62,894 bases of DNA, filler included, from 9 parts of 9 records of this genome joined end to end with filler, not necessarily neighbours in it, one strand, 5' to 3'; positions 23,577 to 36,739 are shown, counted from the whole stretch's first letter. Notes: generated by a model from the sequence alone, not told the origin. A program made the numbers and translations.

Positions 23577-24597
23577 CTACAAAAGAATTTGTCGTGGATA
23601 ATGGCAGAGCTCTATGGAATGGTCCTCACAAGACACCAAAAGCCATGCTGGGAACGCACAGCTGCACAGCCAGCCAACCACCTGTGCCTAGACTCAGTCT
23701 GCATCTAGTCACTGAGCACCGAGAACTGCTTATTCGGCACCAGTCGAGGGTGCAGAGAGACAGTGCAGAACCCTATGTACGTCGTGATAAACCCGATCTG
23801 GCCCCCGATAATGAGCCCAGTCCTGTGCGGTGTGCACCTCGCCGAAGAAGAAATAGGGCCCACCTTCGTTGTAGTAATATACGCAGAACGAGCAGAAGAA
23901 CACGTACGGCACGAGCAGGATCCGGGTGATCTGTCGGTATAGCAGCGCCACCTGCAGCACAGCTACTGCCACGGAGCCGGAGCCCGCACCGAGAACATTA
24001 GAACGGCCCCGCCGCCCATGAAGCACTCCACCATGAACTGATGCGGCGGGAACAGGCAGCGCGGGATCGCCACGAATCCACACATCGAGAGCGCAGTGAC
24101 CGCGGCCACACCGCGCAGCGCCAGCCGGACCACCGTGTGCACTGATGGGCTGAGCTTAAGCAGCCGGGGCTCCTGCCGGGCGGCCAGCTCGAGCAGCTTG
24201 GCTACCGGCCAGGTCGGGCTCAGCTCGGCCTGCTCAGTGAGCATCCAGATCATCCGTACGGTCAGCTCCGACCCGGAGAAGGCCAGCGTCGCGAACAGGA
24301 GGTTGACGTGCCACGGGTTAATCATGTTATACCCGCACACGGACAGGTCCTCCGGCGAGCCTGCCCCCGCTCCGACCGGCCATCGGTCGGGCCGGCACCG
24401 TGCTCCATGTACACCAGCGCGAGGAAGCTCCCCCAGACCGCGTAGTGGCAGGCCGGGGCCCACCGGAGGCACTCGCCCAGCGCCAGACCGGTGGGCAGCA
24501 GCCCGCTCTTTGCGGCCTTGCTACTCGGGTCTGCCTCCTGATTTTCCGGCTCCAGCAACAGCCCAGCTTCCACGTCCAGCTCGGCTCCAGCAGACAT
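23577..24597 (-). CDS. Multi-pass membrane protein of unknown function
   Basis: Several hydrophobic segments (YAVWGSFLALVY, VNLLFATLAF, ILLVPYVFFCSFCVY) joined by short GT-AG introns. Confidence 0.55.
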
Positions 24598-24701
24598 ATC
24601 GGCGGTCGCTTCCTGACTTTCCAACGGATTCCGATCTGCTCTGCGAGCCGTTACGCTGCGCGTGTTGGATGGCTTTGGACGAGTGCTGTGAATCGTAGGC
24701 C

Positions 24702-27700
24702 ATGTCTGCCACACCGCCGTCCAAGCTGGTGGGCAAGACCTGGGCCGCCATGTCCACGCCGTTCGGCTGGGCCACCGCCGCGATCACCTGGGCCGGCCGG
24801 CCGGACTCGGCCTCGCGCTCGCCCACGATCCACCTGCGATACCCCAACGTGTACGTCCGGTTCGACTCCTCCACCTTCGCCCGGGCGCTGGACGAGTGGG
24901 AGGACGCCGCCAAGTGGGAGGCGATCGAGAATGGGGTCGACAGTGATGCCCGGCTCCGCGGGCGGTCAGTGATCGAGTTGGCGATGGCCAAAAAGAGCGC
25001 CGACGTGCTCGCCGCCGTGTTCGAGACTGAGAAGAACCGGTGGGCTGCCCCGCGCTGGCGGCTGGGCTCACTGGGAACTGGCAGGCTGGCCCGGCACGGC
25101 TGGGACCGTTGGAGCGCCGTGGAGCCGTTCGCAGAGCTGTTCGTGGGCCTGTGCATCGGGCGACAGGAGGTGTTTGCGCTAGAGAGCGACCAGGCCCCGA
25201 GCGCCACCCCGATCGAGTTTGCGGCCGCGCTGGCCGACGTGCTGTCGCGCGCGGGAGTGCCGGTGCTGCACGCGCTGATCGAGAGGGCATCAGAGACCGA
25301 CGTGATTCAGCTGCTGCAGACCGCACATGCCTCACCACACAAGCTCAACCTGAGGGCGCTCTCCGAGGACAACACAAAGAGTGCCCCCGCGCGCCGGCAG
25401 CCGGCTCACTGGGGGCAGGCACTGTGCTTCACGCGGCGTGCAGTAAAGGCTATGCTGGTGCTGTGGCCCAGCTTCTGCTGGTGGGGCAAGACCTCGAGTC
25501 ATGTGACGACCCCATCGAGGTGGCCAAGTTGGACGGGCTCGGGCGCAGTCCGCTCGAGTTGGCCGTTGAGAGTGGCTCTGTGGAGACTACCAAAGTGCTG
25601 CTCGAAGCCGGATGCACCGTCAATCAGAAGATGGTCCGTGCGGCTGTGTTGGGCGAATCAGTCGAGCTGGCCGGACTGCTCGTGACCCGGCTCTCCGAGG
25701 GATCGGCCGCCGCTTCCGAGATGCTCAGGGTGCGCGCCGGCTGCGCTCGCTTGCTGATCTGGCCGGTCAGGGCGTGCTCGCCTCGCTGGCGGAGACGCGT
25801 GGCGACCCAGTGGCGGCCGAGCGGCTGGAGCGGGCGGCCGAGCTGCTCGTCTCCGGGGGTGCGCCTGTGGACGAAGCTATGCTCGATGCGGCGCTCGGGA
25901 CCGGGAGCGGGCGGGTGGTGCAAGTGCTGGCTGGCGCGGCGCCGGCGAGTGTGGACCTGTGGGAGTTTGGTCTGCGGTGCACGCGCTCGCTAATCCACGA
26001 CATGAAGGACAACCACGTGCAGCGCGAGGAGATCGACAGGCGGTGTGCCGAGGTGGCCAAGGAGCAGCAGGAGGTCCATGAAACGCTCTGGGGCAAGCGG
26101 GCCGAGCTGGCTCACTCGATGCTCGAGAAGAAGCTCGAGAAGCTCAAGCTCGACCACGCCAAAATCCCGTCCGCCGACGACCTGGCCAGTAGGGAAGTGG
26201 TCTGCGGCGAGCTGCTCAGCAGTGGCCGCCGTCCAGCACCGCGGAAGAGCGAGCAGCCGCGGACCGTCTCACCTGAGCTGGAGCAGGCCGAGAAGAAGCT
26301 GGAGCAGATCCTTGCGGACCAGCCTGCCGGATGGCCGTACGCCAGCCGGCTCGGGGCTGTTGTGAACATTGCCAAGGTGCATGGTGACAAGATCCTGCTC
26401 CAGCTGGCCCAGTCGCGCCAGCAGCTGGCAGTGAGCCAGGGCCCGAGCCACGACGCAGTGAGCGACCCGCTCGACCTCGGACTCGAGATGGCATTCCTGT
26501 CGCACCGGCGCACCGCTCGGCTAGCCGCCGAAGCTCAGCAGATGGCACCTCCGCCAGAGAAGGTGCTCATGTGCATTGTGGCTGGCTCGGGGCCCGGCTC
26601 TGCCGATGTGGCGCTCCGTCGGGCTGTCGAACGGACCTGTGTGTGCACAATGGTCGCAGAGCCGAGCCGGGCGGACGTAGCAGCGTGGTATGACATTCTC
26701 AAGGCGTTGCTGCAGGCAGGGGCCAACCCTACAGCTCCAAATCCGGACACTGGCATCTCAGCGCTGCAACATGCAATCAACAAGAAGGACGAGGCCACAA
26801 TTGTGTTGCTGGTGGAGCACGCGCTTCCAGAGTGCCAGCAGCTGGCGCTGGATGCGCTGGTTGACGTGCTTGCTGCCAATGAGGGTGGAGCTAGCAAGCC
26901 AGTCCCGAGCAAGCCATCGGTCGATGGAGCGCGCGACCAGCTGGCCCGAGCACAGCAGTCTGGTGACACAGCTGCAATCCAGAGAGCTCAGCAGGTGTTG
27001 GCCGAGGTGGAGCAAGCTGTAGACGCCGCCCGGGATGAGCTGGCCCATGCAGAGCAGTCTGGTAACCCCGCTGCAATCGAGAATGCCAGGAGGTCACTTG
27101 CGCTGGCCGAGAGCGGCGGTGTTGGAGGACCCAGCTCGCCTCAGCAGGCCACCAATGCGGCCACGGCAGCCTTCTTTGACATCACTGAGCACCACACGGC
27201 CGACAATGCTCTCGCGCACATGGGAGCACACGGCGGGACTCTGATGCTTCGAGCGTGTGAGAGTGGGGACCTGCAGATGATTCGGAAGCTGCTCCAACAG
27301 GGTGTGCCAGCAGATGCTGGTCCGGGCCTGCTGCAGTGCATCCTCGACCAAATGTACCACTGCCCCATGGAGCAGCAGCTCGAGATTGCTCAGGATCTGA
27401 TCCTGGCCCGGGCTGACTTGAACCAGGCAGACAAGTTCCACAAGTTCCCGATTCAGTCTGCAATTGACCTGGACAACGGCCCTCTGCTGCACCTGATGCT
27501 TGATGAGGGCGCCAACCCATCTGTTGGCAACATGTTGCACTACGTGTTGTCGAAGATGCTGCTCAATACCCGAGGATCCCCCAAGTGGGAGCTGCTGCAG
27601 AGTATGCTGGACATGCTGGTCGAGAACCACGCAGATCCACTTTATCATGGTGGAGAATTCGTCACAGGTAGTGAAAGCGACGGCTACTATCCACTCGACT

Positions 27701-30700
27701 TGGCTCTTGTGTTGGACAACAACCCTGTGGTCTGGCTTCTGAAGCTGTCTGGGGCGGAGGATGGTGAAAGCCACGCGTTGCATGCTCTGCTTTCTGAGCT
27801 TTGCACTGATCAGGAAGTTGAACTGGGTGAGTCGAACATGATCATGGCAAAGGAAACCGATGAGGTATGGACAAGTCACTCAGATCAGCACGGGGCGGTC
27901 TGGGACACTGTGAGGAAGACAAAGAAGTCCTGGGGAGCAGTGCAGAAAGCCTCTACCAGCGTGATGAAGCAAGGCGAGAAAGGCCTCAAGGAAGACGAGA
28001 TGCGGAACATGGAAGTGCCAGTGCATAAGATACAAGTCATTTCAGTCAAGACACAGGGCCATGTGCTGGGGAACCGACCAGCAGTTCCGATTGGAGGATG
28101 CTCACTGGACAAGTGGAAACGGAACAACCATGCGCTGCTCAAGAGCTCACTGCAGGCCAATCCAAAAGGCGTGCTGGTGGAGTTCACTGTGGACATCACA
28201 CCACTTGCGCCTGGCGATCCCACTGATACAATCAAAGTCTTCATGGTAAACAAAGACACTGAGTCACTCCCAGTGCCTCTGTACCGTGGGTACATCAGGA
28301 CCGAGAACGAATGTGGTATGCTCTCGAAGCGGCTAATGGATTGTCGTGTCACATACCTGGAGTCCAAATGTCTGCAGCTTGTGGAATCAGGCCACGGCCT
28401 CAAGGCTCCAAGTGGTGTACAAGTATCGCCACTGATGATGGCTGTTGGAGGCGGCGTGTCTGATGTAGCAAGAGCAATGGTGAAAGCAGATGGTGGTCAC
28501 CTTGGATTCAACGATGTGCAACAGATGCTCGCTGTGCTTCCCAAGGATGGTGATACTAAAGGGATGAGAGGTTCACATGGGTGCAATTCGGATCTTGTGA
28601 GCGAGTTGATTGCTGATGTGGTCGCCAAGTCAGAGATGGAGCCAGAGCAATTGAGCCAGCTGCTTGAGTCGAGTGTTAGGCAGTGCATGGTCGACCCAGT
28701 AAGGCAGTTGCTTTCAAAGGACTCTGGAATGGAGAACAAGCGGGCCCTGAAGGAGAAATCTTACCTGCACATGGCAATCGAGTGCCTTGAGCACTCACCA
28801 GATCTGGCAGCAGACTACAAGACCATCATAGGCTATCTACTCAATGGTGGAGCTGACCCGAACCAGATGCAACGGAGCAAGACGCCACTGGCTCTGGCTC
28901 TGGCACCGCCTTGCGATGACGACCATCTGGCGATTGCGACGCTGTTGATTGAGAGTGGAGCAAAGTTCACGGATAAGGACTTCATAGGCATGCTGGAGCA
29001 GTGGGATGCTTCACAAGATCCAAAACGTTCCGATTTGCTGGAGTACATGATCTCCGGAATGATCGAGAAAGGGGCCAACACGAGCGCAACGCTGCGCCGT
29101 GGTGGTGTCAGCACTACGCTGCTCGATGTCGCTCTCGAGAAGCAATCTGGTGTCATCCTGGCCAAGCTTTTTGAAGCTCATAAGGAAGCTATCATGTCCA
29201 ATAGCCCTGATTCAGAGCGACTGCTCGAACCTTTCTGCCAGCTGTTGGTTTCGCTTTGTCATGGACACGTGGCACTGTCAGGTGATGAAGATGGAAGCCG
29301 CAGCACAGAGCTTAAGGTGGAAATTGCCAGCACCCTTTCAAATGCCGGTGTGCCTGTGCTACACAGGGTCCTGGAGGCTGATCCAACTGGGGGCTCGCTG
29401 ATCAGCTTGCTGGACGAGATTACTATTGAAGAGGCCTCAATTGACTTGACAACGACCAATGAGACTGGCATGACCATCCTGCATCAAACATGTGCAGAGC
29501 ATAATTTGGGTGCTACAGAGAAATTGTTTGAGCTGAATGGGCAGCTTGCTGAGCTGAACCCAGATGGTGCCCTCCCAGTCAATGCCGAGGACAATGCAGG
29601 GCGAACTGCCCTGGGAATTGCTGTCGGGCTTGGCTCGTCTGAACTAGTTGCTATCCTGGCTGCTCCACCCCCAGAGGGCGGCGGCGCGCAAGTGACTGGC
29701 AGCCTGCTTTATCCAGCTGTGCTTGCAGGTCCTCGGTCAATGATTGAGGCATTGATTGCGGATGATGTGGCTGAGGTGCGCAGCGATTTTGGTCGCACTG
29801 TCCTCCATGCTGCAGCGTTGCGAGAGCAGCCTGAAGCCGGTGAAATTGCTCAGATGTTGCTTGATGCCGGTGTGCCACTCGAGGAACGTGATGTTGGTGG
29901 CGCGACTCCTCTCCTCCTTGCAGTACGAAATAAAAACACAGAGGTCATGCAAGTGTTACTTCAGCATGGGGCATCGCCAAGTGCTGCTGACAAGTTGGGC
30001 AACTCACCACTCCAGGAAGAGATGTCAAGCAGCGGAGGTCTTTCAGAGCTCGGAGAAGCCATGCTGTCGAGTGTGGGGCCAGCAACACTCGCCAATAACG
30101 AGCAAGTGATCTTGGAGGCTGTGCGCAACAAGAACTTTGAAGTCCTAGACAGACTAGGTGTAGATGGTGGCAGTGACATCAAACTCTACGGTGCCCCAGG
30201 AAAGCCTCTGGTGTGGTGGGCAGCGTTCTTTGGACATACAGACATGGTGAACAGCTGGGCAGAGAACCTGCCACGAGCGTTGGATTACAAGAGTAGAAAC
30301 AATGGGAGGAGGCTGTGGCATTACATGGCAATCTGGGGCACATCATTAGGCGCAATACCGTCGCTGCTCTCTCTGGAATTGCCACCTCAGGAAGGCCATT
30401 CGAAGTCCTCACAGGCACCGGATGAGATAAACCCGGTGTCAATACCTCTAGAGTTGGCTGCCAAGTATGGCCGTTCAGCAATGGTGGAGGCTCTTCTGCC
30501 TGAAGCGGTGTTGCCCGCGAACAGAAGATGGTCAAGCCTGGCAAACGAGTGCATGGAGAATGGCCTGGTTGGACTTCGGGACAAGTTCAATGCCTTAGCG
30601 GATCCTGAAGCACCTGCAACACAAAACTCGTTGGATGGCCCTCGTGATATTGCTAGTGCAACCGAGTTGGCCACCAGGGAGGGAGCACCATTCAGAGATC

Positions 30701-31724
30701 CAGAATTCCCATGTGGTGTTGCAGCTCTCGGGTCAAATGATTTAATCAAGCTGGCCTACAGTGAGATTGAATGGATACAGTGCTCAAAGCTGTGTGGTGG
30801 AGAAAGCTCAGTTCTATTCGCCAATATGGACAAAACACCCGGCAAGATGAACTTTGGCTCTCCATTTATATGGAACGCTCTTGCGCTGATGGATGGAGGT
30901 CAAATCAAGTCACTCTTCCAGGATGCTAGCAAGATTGCGATGGGAAAATACACCGTGAACGTGGCGTGGGAGGGAGAATTGCAGCCGGTGGTGATAGATG
31001 AGTGGGTGCCCGTGCTCGGTGCTGCAAATGAGCCGGAAGGAGCATTTGGTTCGATGGGGGCAGGCAATGAGATGTGGTCACACCTGTATCTAAAGGCAAT
31101 GGCCAAGCGTGCTGGAGGCTATGCTCAGCTGCTCAACCTGGACACAGACAAGATGTCACCATACACAAGATCCCTGGCCAACGAAGTGATGCCAGGCGCA
31201 GATCCACAGCAGATGGCTTTGTTGCTACCCGCACTTTCTGTGGCGCAGATGGTTCGGGCTACACTGCCAAACCAGGGTGTGAGCGACGTTGAACTGGTCA
31301 ACGCGGTTGTGGCTGACTTCAGTGGCGGCACTGCTGAGGCAATGGCGACTGGCGAGAAGGATCCAGCGGACACAGGATCTGAGCTGCCCACCTACGAGGT
31401 AATGCCCTTGCTTCTGTTCGAATGTGTGCTGACTTGCTTTTGTTTCAGGTGGTGGTGCACGAGGCTGACTACATCCAATTCTTCTTCTCGGGGCTTGTTC
31501 CCCACGATCTTCATGTAGTTTGCCGCTCCGCCTCTGGCAAGGAGCAAATGTATCCGATGGATCCTCAGACGTACGCAACTGCAGAGATCGATCTGGAAGA
31601 GTACGAATCTCCGTATGAGATTTCAGTCTCCTCCGAATTGGCAGCTCCGGCTGATCTCAAGGCGTTCACGACAGAGATCGACGCGGATCCGTCCAAAATG
31701 ACCATCACGCCCATAACCCGCTGA
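24702..31724 (+). CDS. Giant (>2200 aa) ankyrin-repeat protein with C-terminal degenerate calpain (CysPc) half-domain
   Basis: Many ankyrin motifs (GRTVLHAAA, GATPLLLAV, LLQHGASP). Calpain motifs FRDPEFP, GKYTV...VVIDEWVP and EMWSHLYLKAMAKRAGGY. Introns near 25381-25418, 25729-25770 and 31398-31448. Confidence 0.8.
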
Positions 31725-32000
31725 AATAGGAATCATGATCACGGTCAGATCGAAAAGATAGTACAGTAATATAAAGGTTTACATGTTATCTAAGATACCT
31801 AATCCGCATTTCAAGAGGCCAGCTCAGCCTAAAAATCATCCAATTGTCATGCCCTATCATGCTTTTACTACATGTACATACACTGTACATGTACGTCTAG
31901 GTAGGGACCCCTACAGCTGACAGTACCGTACGGTAGACGTTTGACGAAGTGGAGCTCTTTCTATTCTTAGAATGAAGAATTCTCAGAGAAAAATCGACGA

Positions 32001-32188
32001 ATGGTGAGCAGCTCCCGAGCCTCGAGCTGGCCCCTGTCTTTGGTGCCGGACCGACCGAGCCGCGGTGGCAGGGTCTCCTTAGCTTGCTCCGGTCGCTCCG
32101 CAAGAAGGACCAAGAAGCCCGGATTCTTATGCTCGGCCTGGACAACGCCGGCAAGACCACGATCCTGAAGAAGCTCGGCGATGAGGAC
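32001..32188 (+). CDS. ARL3: ARF-like GTPase ARL3 (5' part; missed by the ORF track)
   Basis: ATG|intron 32004-32071|[39 protein letters not shown]. Confidence 0.85.
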
Positions 32189-32288
32189 NNNNNNNNNNNN
32201 NNNNNNNNNNNNNNNNNNNNNNNNNNNNNNNNTTAATTAATTAANNNNNNNNNNNNNNNNNNNNNNNNNNNNNNNNNNNNNNNNNNNN
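32189..32288. other. Artificial contig linker
   Basis: N-TTAATTAATTAA-N, 100 nt. Confidence 0.98.
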
Positions 32289-32432
32289 CACAATCCTCAC
32301 CGTTCCGGTTTGGACAGTCTGACAGTGAGCAGACGTAGAAGAGTCGGGACACGAGGCTGAGAGGTGCAGAGGGCCGGAGTGACGAGTACTGCAGCTGTGA
32401 GAAACGCCAGCGGCGCGGACGAGCACGAGGCG

Positions 32433-32771
32433 ATGCAGAACCCTGAAGACGACCCACCGCCCGGGTACAGCTTCTCATACGAGCCACCGTGTGGGTACAT
32501 GTTTGTGACCCTCAATGGCGGCGCCGGCCAACACACGATCAAGTGTGTACTGAGCAACACTGTGTTGGAGTTCAAATGTTTCATCCAAGACAAGGAGGGC
32601 ACCTGCCCGGACCGGCAGAGGATCTTTCTGAGGGGAAAGGAGCTGGATGACATGACGACGTTCAGCGAGCTGGGTATACCGTACGGCGTCACGTTGAACA
32701 TGTGGCTGCGACCTAGGCTCGAAGATGCTCTGGACGCTGATATCGCTGCTGTGTCTACGGGATATCCTTAG
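32433..32771 (+). CDS. Ubiquitin-like domain protein (no C-terminal diglycine)
   Basis: NTVLEFKCFIQDKEGTCPDRQRIFLRGKELDDMTTFSELGI parallels ubiquitin [31 protein letters not shown]. Gene ends are uncertain. Confidence 0.7.
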   Translation: MQNPEDDPPPGYSFSYEPPCGYMFVTLNGGAGQHTIKCVLSNTVLEFKCFIQDKEGTCPDRQRIFLRGKELDDMTTFSELGIPYGVTLNMWLRPRLEDALDADIAAVSTGYP

Positions 32772-33225
32772 TGAGCCGGATGGATGGACCAACGCCAGCT
32801 CAGCCTCCACTGCCCGTCATGGGGCGCCTCGGGTGGGCAGACAATTTAGAGAGCACCGTCTCCGGCAGCGTGCAGAGATGCGAGGCTGAGTCTGACCAAG
32901 AAGGCGCCCAGAGCGCCCGTCAACGCCTGGTCAACGGGCCTGGAGAATTGACACCCCCCCACTGCGTTACCCTAGGTTTATGGTACTTACACGGTTTCTG
33001 TGAGACGAGTAGTACTCGTACATATACGCAATAAATAATCGCGAGTATTACTAAACTGGGCCTTGATGCGTGACAACTCTTACCAGATTTTTATGTAGTT
33101 AATCGCGAGCGTTTTAGTATTACTCTAGTATTGCTCACTGTAGGCTGGCCATCTTGACTCTAGGTCCTGATTAGGTCCTGATGGCCTAGGCTTATAGTAA
33201 AGCTAGGTAAAAAGCCTCAAGTGCT

Positions 33226-35925
33226 CTAACGGAACCCAGCCCCCGGCATCCACTCCTTGCGAAAGGGGTTGCGTTTTGTCCATTCCGCCCACTCTTTTCG
33301 GTGTGCACTCCACTCCACCCATTCGTTTCTGAAGGTTCTCCACTCGTCAGACCATCCCTTTCTGGCAGCCAAGCGATGTGCCAGCCGACGCCACGCAAAA
33401 GCACGCCAATCCTTGTCTGGAGAGGTTGGTGTCGGAGAGGGTACCAGCATGTTGTGAGATAGCTTTAGCCACGCGGAGGCCCATTGCTCCGCGACTTTTA
33501 TAGCTTGCTCGGCTTTCATCTGTTCACAAGGTCAGAGCAACTACTATGCATGGAGCACCTCCATGGCGCGCGCAGTCTGCGACATTTGCTGCAACTGCGC
33601 CTCCTTTGACTTCAGCACGCCATGCACGCGTTGAAGCTGCTTCTGGAAAGTGTTATTCTGCAGCTGGCTCTCGACACTGCCCTCCTGCTTGGACCGCGTG
33701 GTACCCCTGAACAGGCTCCTCCAGGCCCTCATCACTGCCAGCTGCGCCTCTAGCTCCGCCACCTCCCGTTTCTTCTTGACGCAGCGCCCGTCCAATTCCC
33801 TTAGCTCAAGCTGTTGGCTTGCGACTTCCTTGTCCCTCTGCCTGAGCTTATCGCGGACTTGAGCTAATTCTCTCTTAAACTGCGCCGCGGAGTCTTGCCG
33901 AAGCCTTGGGCTGGTTTTGGGGGTGCGTTGCAGTCTTTCTTGCACATCAGCTAGCTGGGTCTGCATGCTGTGCACCTTATCGTCCTTCTCACTGCATCGA
34001 GTCACTAGGACGTCCATCATTCGCTCCTTCTCGTTCAGCAGCGCATCTCGCTCAGTGAGCTCCTTACGAGCCTGTTCAAGCTCTTCCACAAAGTCCAACA
34101 GTTTCAACTCGAGCTCGGCTGCATCCCGGGTCTTCAAGCTAGCCTTGTCTTCAAGCTTACACATCTCCGACTCCATCTCGACCATGCGCTCTTCTGTCGA
34201 GCTGCACCGCGCCGTCATTTGGTCCAGCTCACGCTCCCTCAAGCGCAGGACACGGTCGCGCTCCTCGAGCTGCTCTACCTGCAGTTGGTGGTCCAGCTGC
34301 GTCTGCTCCACCTCCTGTATTTTGAGCTGAGCTTCAGCGGCCTGCTGCGCCTGCTGTAGCCCAAGCTTGAGCTCCATGCTGCGCATTTGCTCGTCGGCCA
34401 GCCTCTCGGATAGCTGGTCCAACTCAGCCTGACTGGCGCTGTACCGACCAGACATCTGGCCAAGCTCCTGTGTCTTGGCCTCAAGCAGCTCCTCCATTTG
34501 CCGGCTCCGAGAGAGGATCTCCGTCATCTCTTGCTCCTGGCTTCGCAGCAGCGCCTCCCGCTGCTCCAGTTTATCAACCATCATTTCGAGCTCGTCCTGC
34601 CTAGCCAGGTCCATCAGCCCATTAGCCCTTTCAGCCGGCTCGGCTTGAGACTTGCGCCGCGCCCGGTCAAGCCTGGCCCTCATTTCCGCCAGAACCAGGC
34701 CGGTTTGCTCGCCCCAGCCCGCACTCTGCTCCGCCTCTAGCTGCTGCTCGAGTCGTGCGATAGCCTGCTCCATCTCCCCCAGGCTACTGTTATCCGATCG
34801 ATCTGGCTCAAACAGCTCAGCACCTCTCGACTCGCTCAGCTCAAACAGCTCCCCTAGCATGAGCGCCTCCTTCTGCACATCCTCCACGGCCACCCCGAAC
34901 TGCACGCGCAGCTCCTCCACCAAAAAGTCCGAGTTTTTGACTGCGCTCTCCCGCTCACATAGCTTGCTTTCCGCCCAGCCCACGCGTTGCTCTAGTCCCA
35001 GTGTGCGCTCGAGCTGCAGACTGCGCTCGGCTGCCAGCTTCTGGACCTCGCGCTCCATGCCGCCAATCTGCTCCCGCCGGGCTGTCGCCTGGTCCCACGC
35101 GCTGTCCACCTGGGCGCTAAGCTCACGCAAGCTCTGCCCGTCGCTCACAGCGCTCTGAGTGAGCTGGGCCAGTTCGCGCTTTGTCTGCTCTAGCTCTACG
35201 TTCTTGGCGGCGACCATCGAGCGGCTCTGCTCGAAATGCTCGGCCACCTCAGCCAGCGAGTCCCGGGCCGCGGCCTCCACCTCGCTCTGCCCGTGCCTGC
35301 AAGCCTCGGTCCGCTCGTTCAGCTGCCCAAGCTCCCCTCCCATCCTCCCGACCTCTGCACTCCGCTCCTCAAACTCCGCTTTGAGCTCGAGCCATTCTCG
35401 GCTGTACTCCCTGAGCTTGCTCGCCCGGGCCTCGCCGCTCGCCACCGCCGCGGCCAGGCTCGCGCCCATCTCCCCGAGACTGTCTCGCTGTCCCTGTTCG
35501 AGCTCCAGCCCGGCCGCCCTGGCCGCAGCCTCCTCCCGCCGCTGCTCGGTCTCGGCCAGAGCGGCCTCCAGCTCCGCCACCCGCACGGCGGCCGCCTCCC
35601 TGTGCAGCTCAGCCTCACGGGCCAATGCGGCGACTTGGCTGCGAGAGTCGCCCAGCTCGGCGGCCAGTTTGGCGTTGACGGCGCTCAGCGTCAATTCGCG
35701 CATCACGCTGTCCCACAGCTGCTCCAGCTTGGCCACTCCGCCCACCGGCCGGTACGTGGCCGCAAACTGATCGAACCCGAGCCCCCGCTGGATGGCAGAT
35801 TGGATGTCCCGCCGGACGATCCGCTCGGCTTCCTCTTGCACCGGGCTCCGCGGCGGGCTCGGCTCTTCCTTACCGCCAAGCAGCCCCCCCACCAGCCCAG
35901 AGAGCCACCCGGGCTGCTCGCTCAT
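33226..35925 (-). CDS. Long coiled-coil protein with Trp-rich C-terminal exon
   Basis: Likely start MSEQPGW at 35925, followed by long E/Q/L-rich heptad stretches. GT-AG intron 33520-33558 joins the final exon. Confidence 0.7.
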
Positions 35926-36639
35926 CGCTAGCACGCTGCAGGCAGAGCACGCTGCAGATAGGCCGGCCCCTGTTGTTGTTGTCGTTGATCTTTGAGCAAA
36001 GGCATTGCTGTGCATGCGCACACGTGTAACGTGCAGCGCGTCTGCCCATGCTGCCCATGCTTCTGCTACGAAATGCTCTGCCCATGCAGAATTGGGAAAC
36101 AAGCTCATCTGCTGTGCAACCGGCCCTTCCTCACTTGGGTTCTCAGCGTCTGACTCGGGAGCACATTGACAGCCGGGTAGCCTACCAGCTGGAACACAAG
36201 GGCTGGTGGTCTTCATAGCTTTCATTGCTGCCCTGAACAGGCGCTGCCTTAGGACCCAGACAGCCCCCTGGCTCCAGAAACGTTGGATCCTTGCAGTCAA
36301 ACCTCTCCATCAGCCTCAAGTAAAAGGCCGCAGAATCAGCCCTAGAACCTCACACAGTAAGTCATCACAGTACATAATTATACAACTGACTGAATCATCA
36401 CCACCTTATCCACAAACGTCGTCAGTAGATCGCGCCAACCTCTGGTTGAGTTGGGCAATGGCGAGCCTCCTAGCTTGTTGTCCCTTGATTCGGGCTGGTG
36501 TCTGGCGGCCCTTGTTCCCCCCTGGCTTTGATCTTCCATTTTGTTAGCCTGTGAGGGCTCGCGCAGGGAAAAACGCACCGGATCCAGGAAATATCTGCGA
36601 GAATATCTGTAGAAGTACCTCTCCACATGCTCGAGGGGG

Positions 36640-36739
36640 NNNNNNNNNNNNNNNNNNNNNNNNNNNNNNNNNNNNNNNNNNNNTTAATTAATTAANNNNN
36701 NNNNNNNNNNNNNNNNNNNNNNNNNNNNNNNNNNNNNNN
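36640..36739. other. Artificial contig linker
   Basis: N-TTAATTAATTAA-N, 100 nt. Confidence 0.98.

Noticed and set aside
32771-33034. 87-aa ORF after the ubiquitin-like gene
   Set aside because: No motif. It may be a further exon or non-coding, and I cannot support either.
35926-36639. Upstream extension of the 918-aa ORF and the 82-aa ORF at the contig end
   Set aside because: Composition differs from the coiled-coil gene and I could not build a convincing model. It may be a fragment of another gene.
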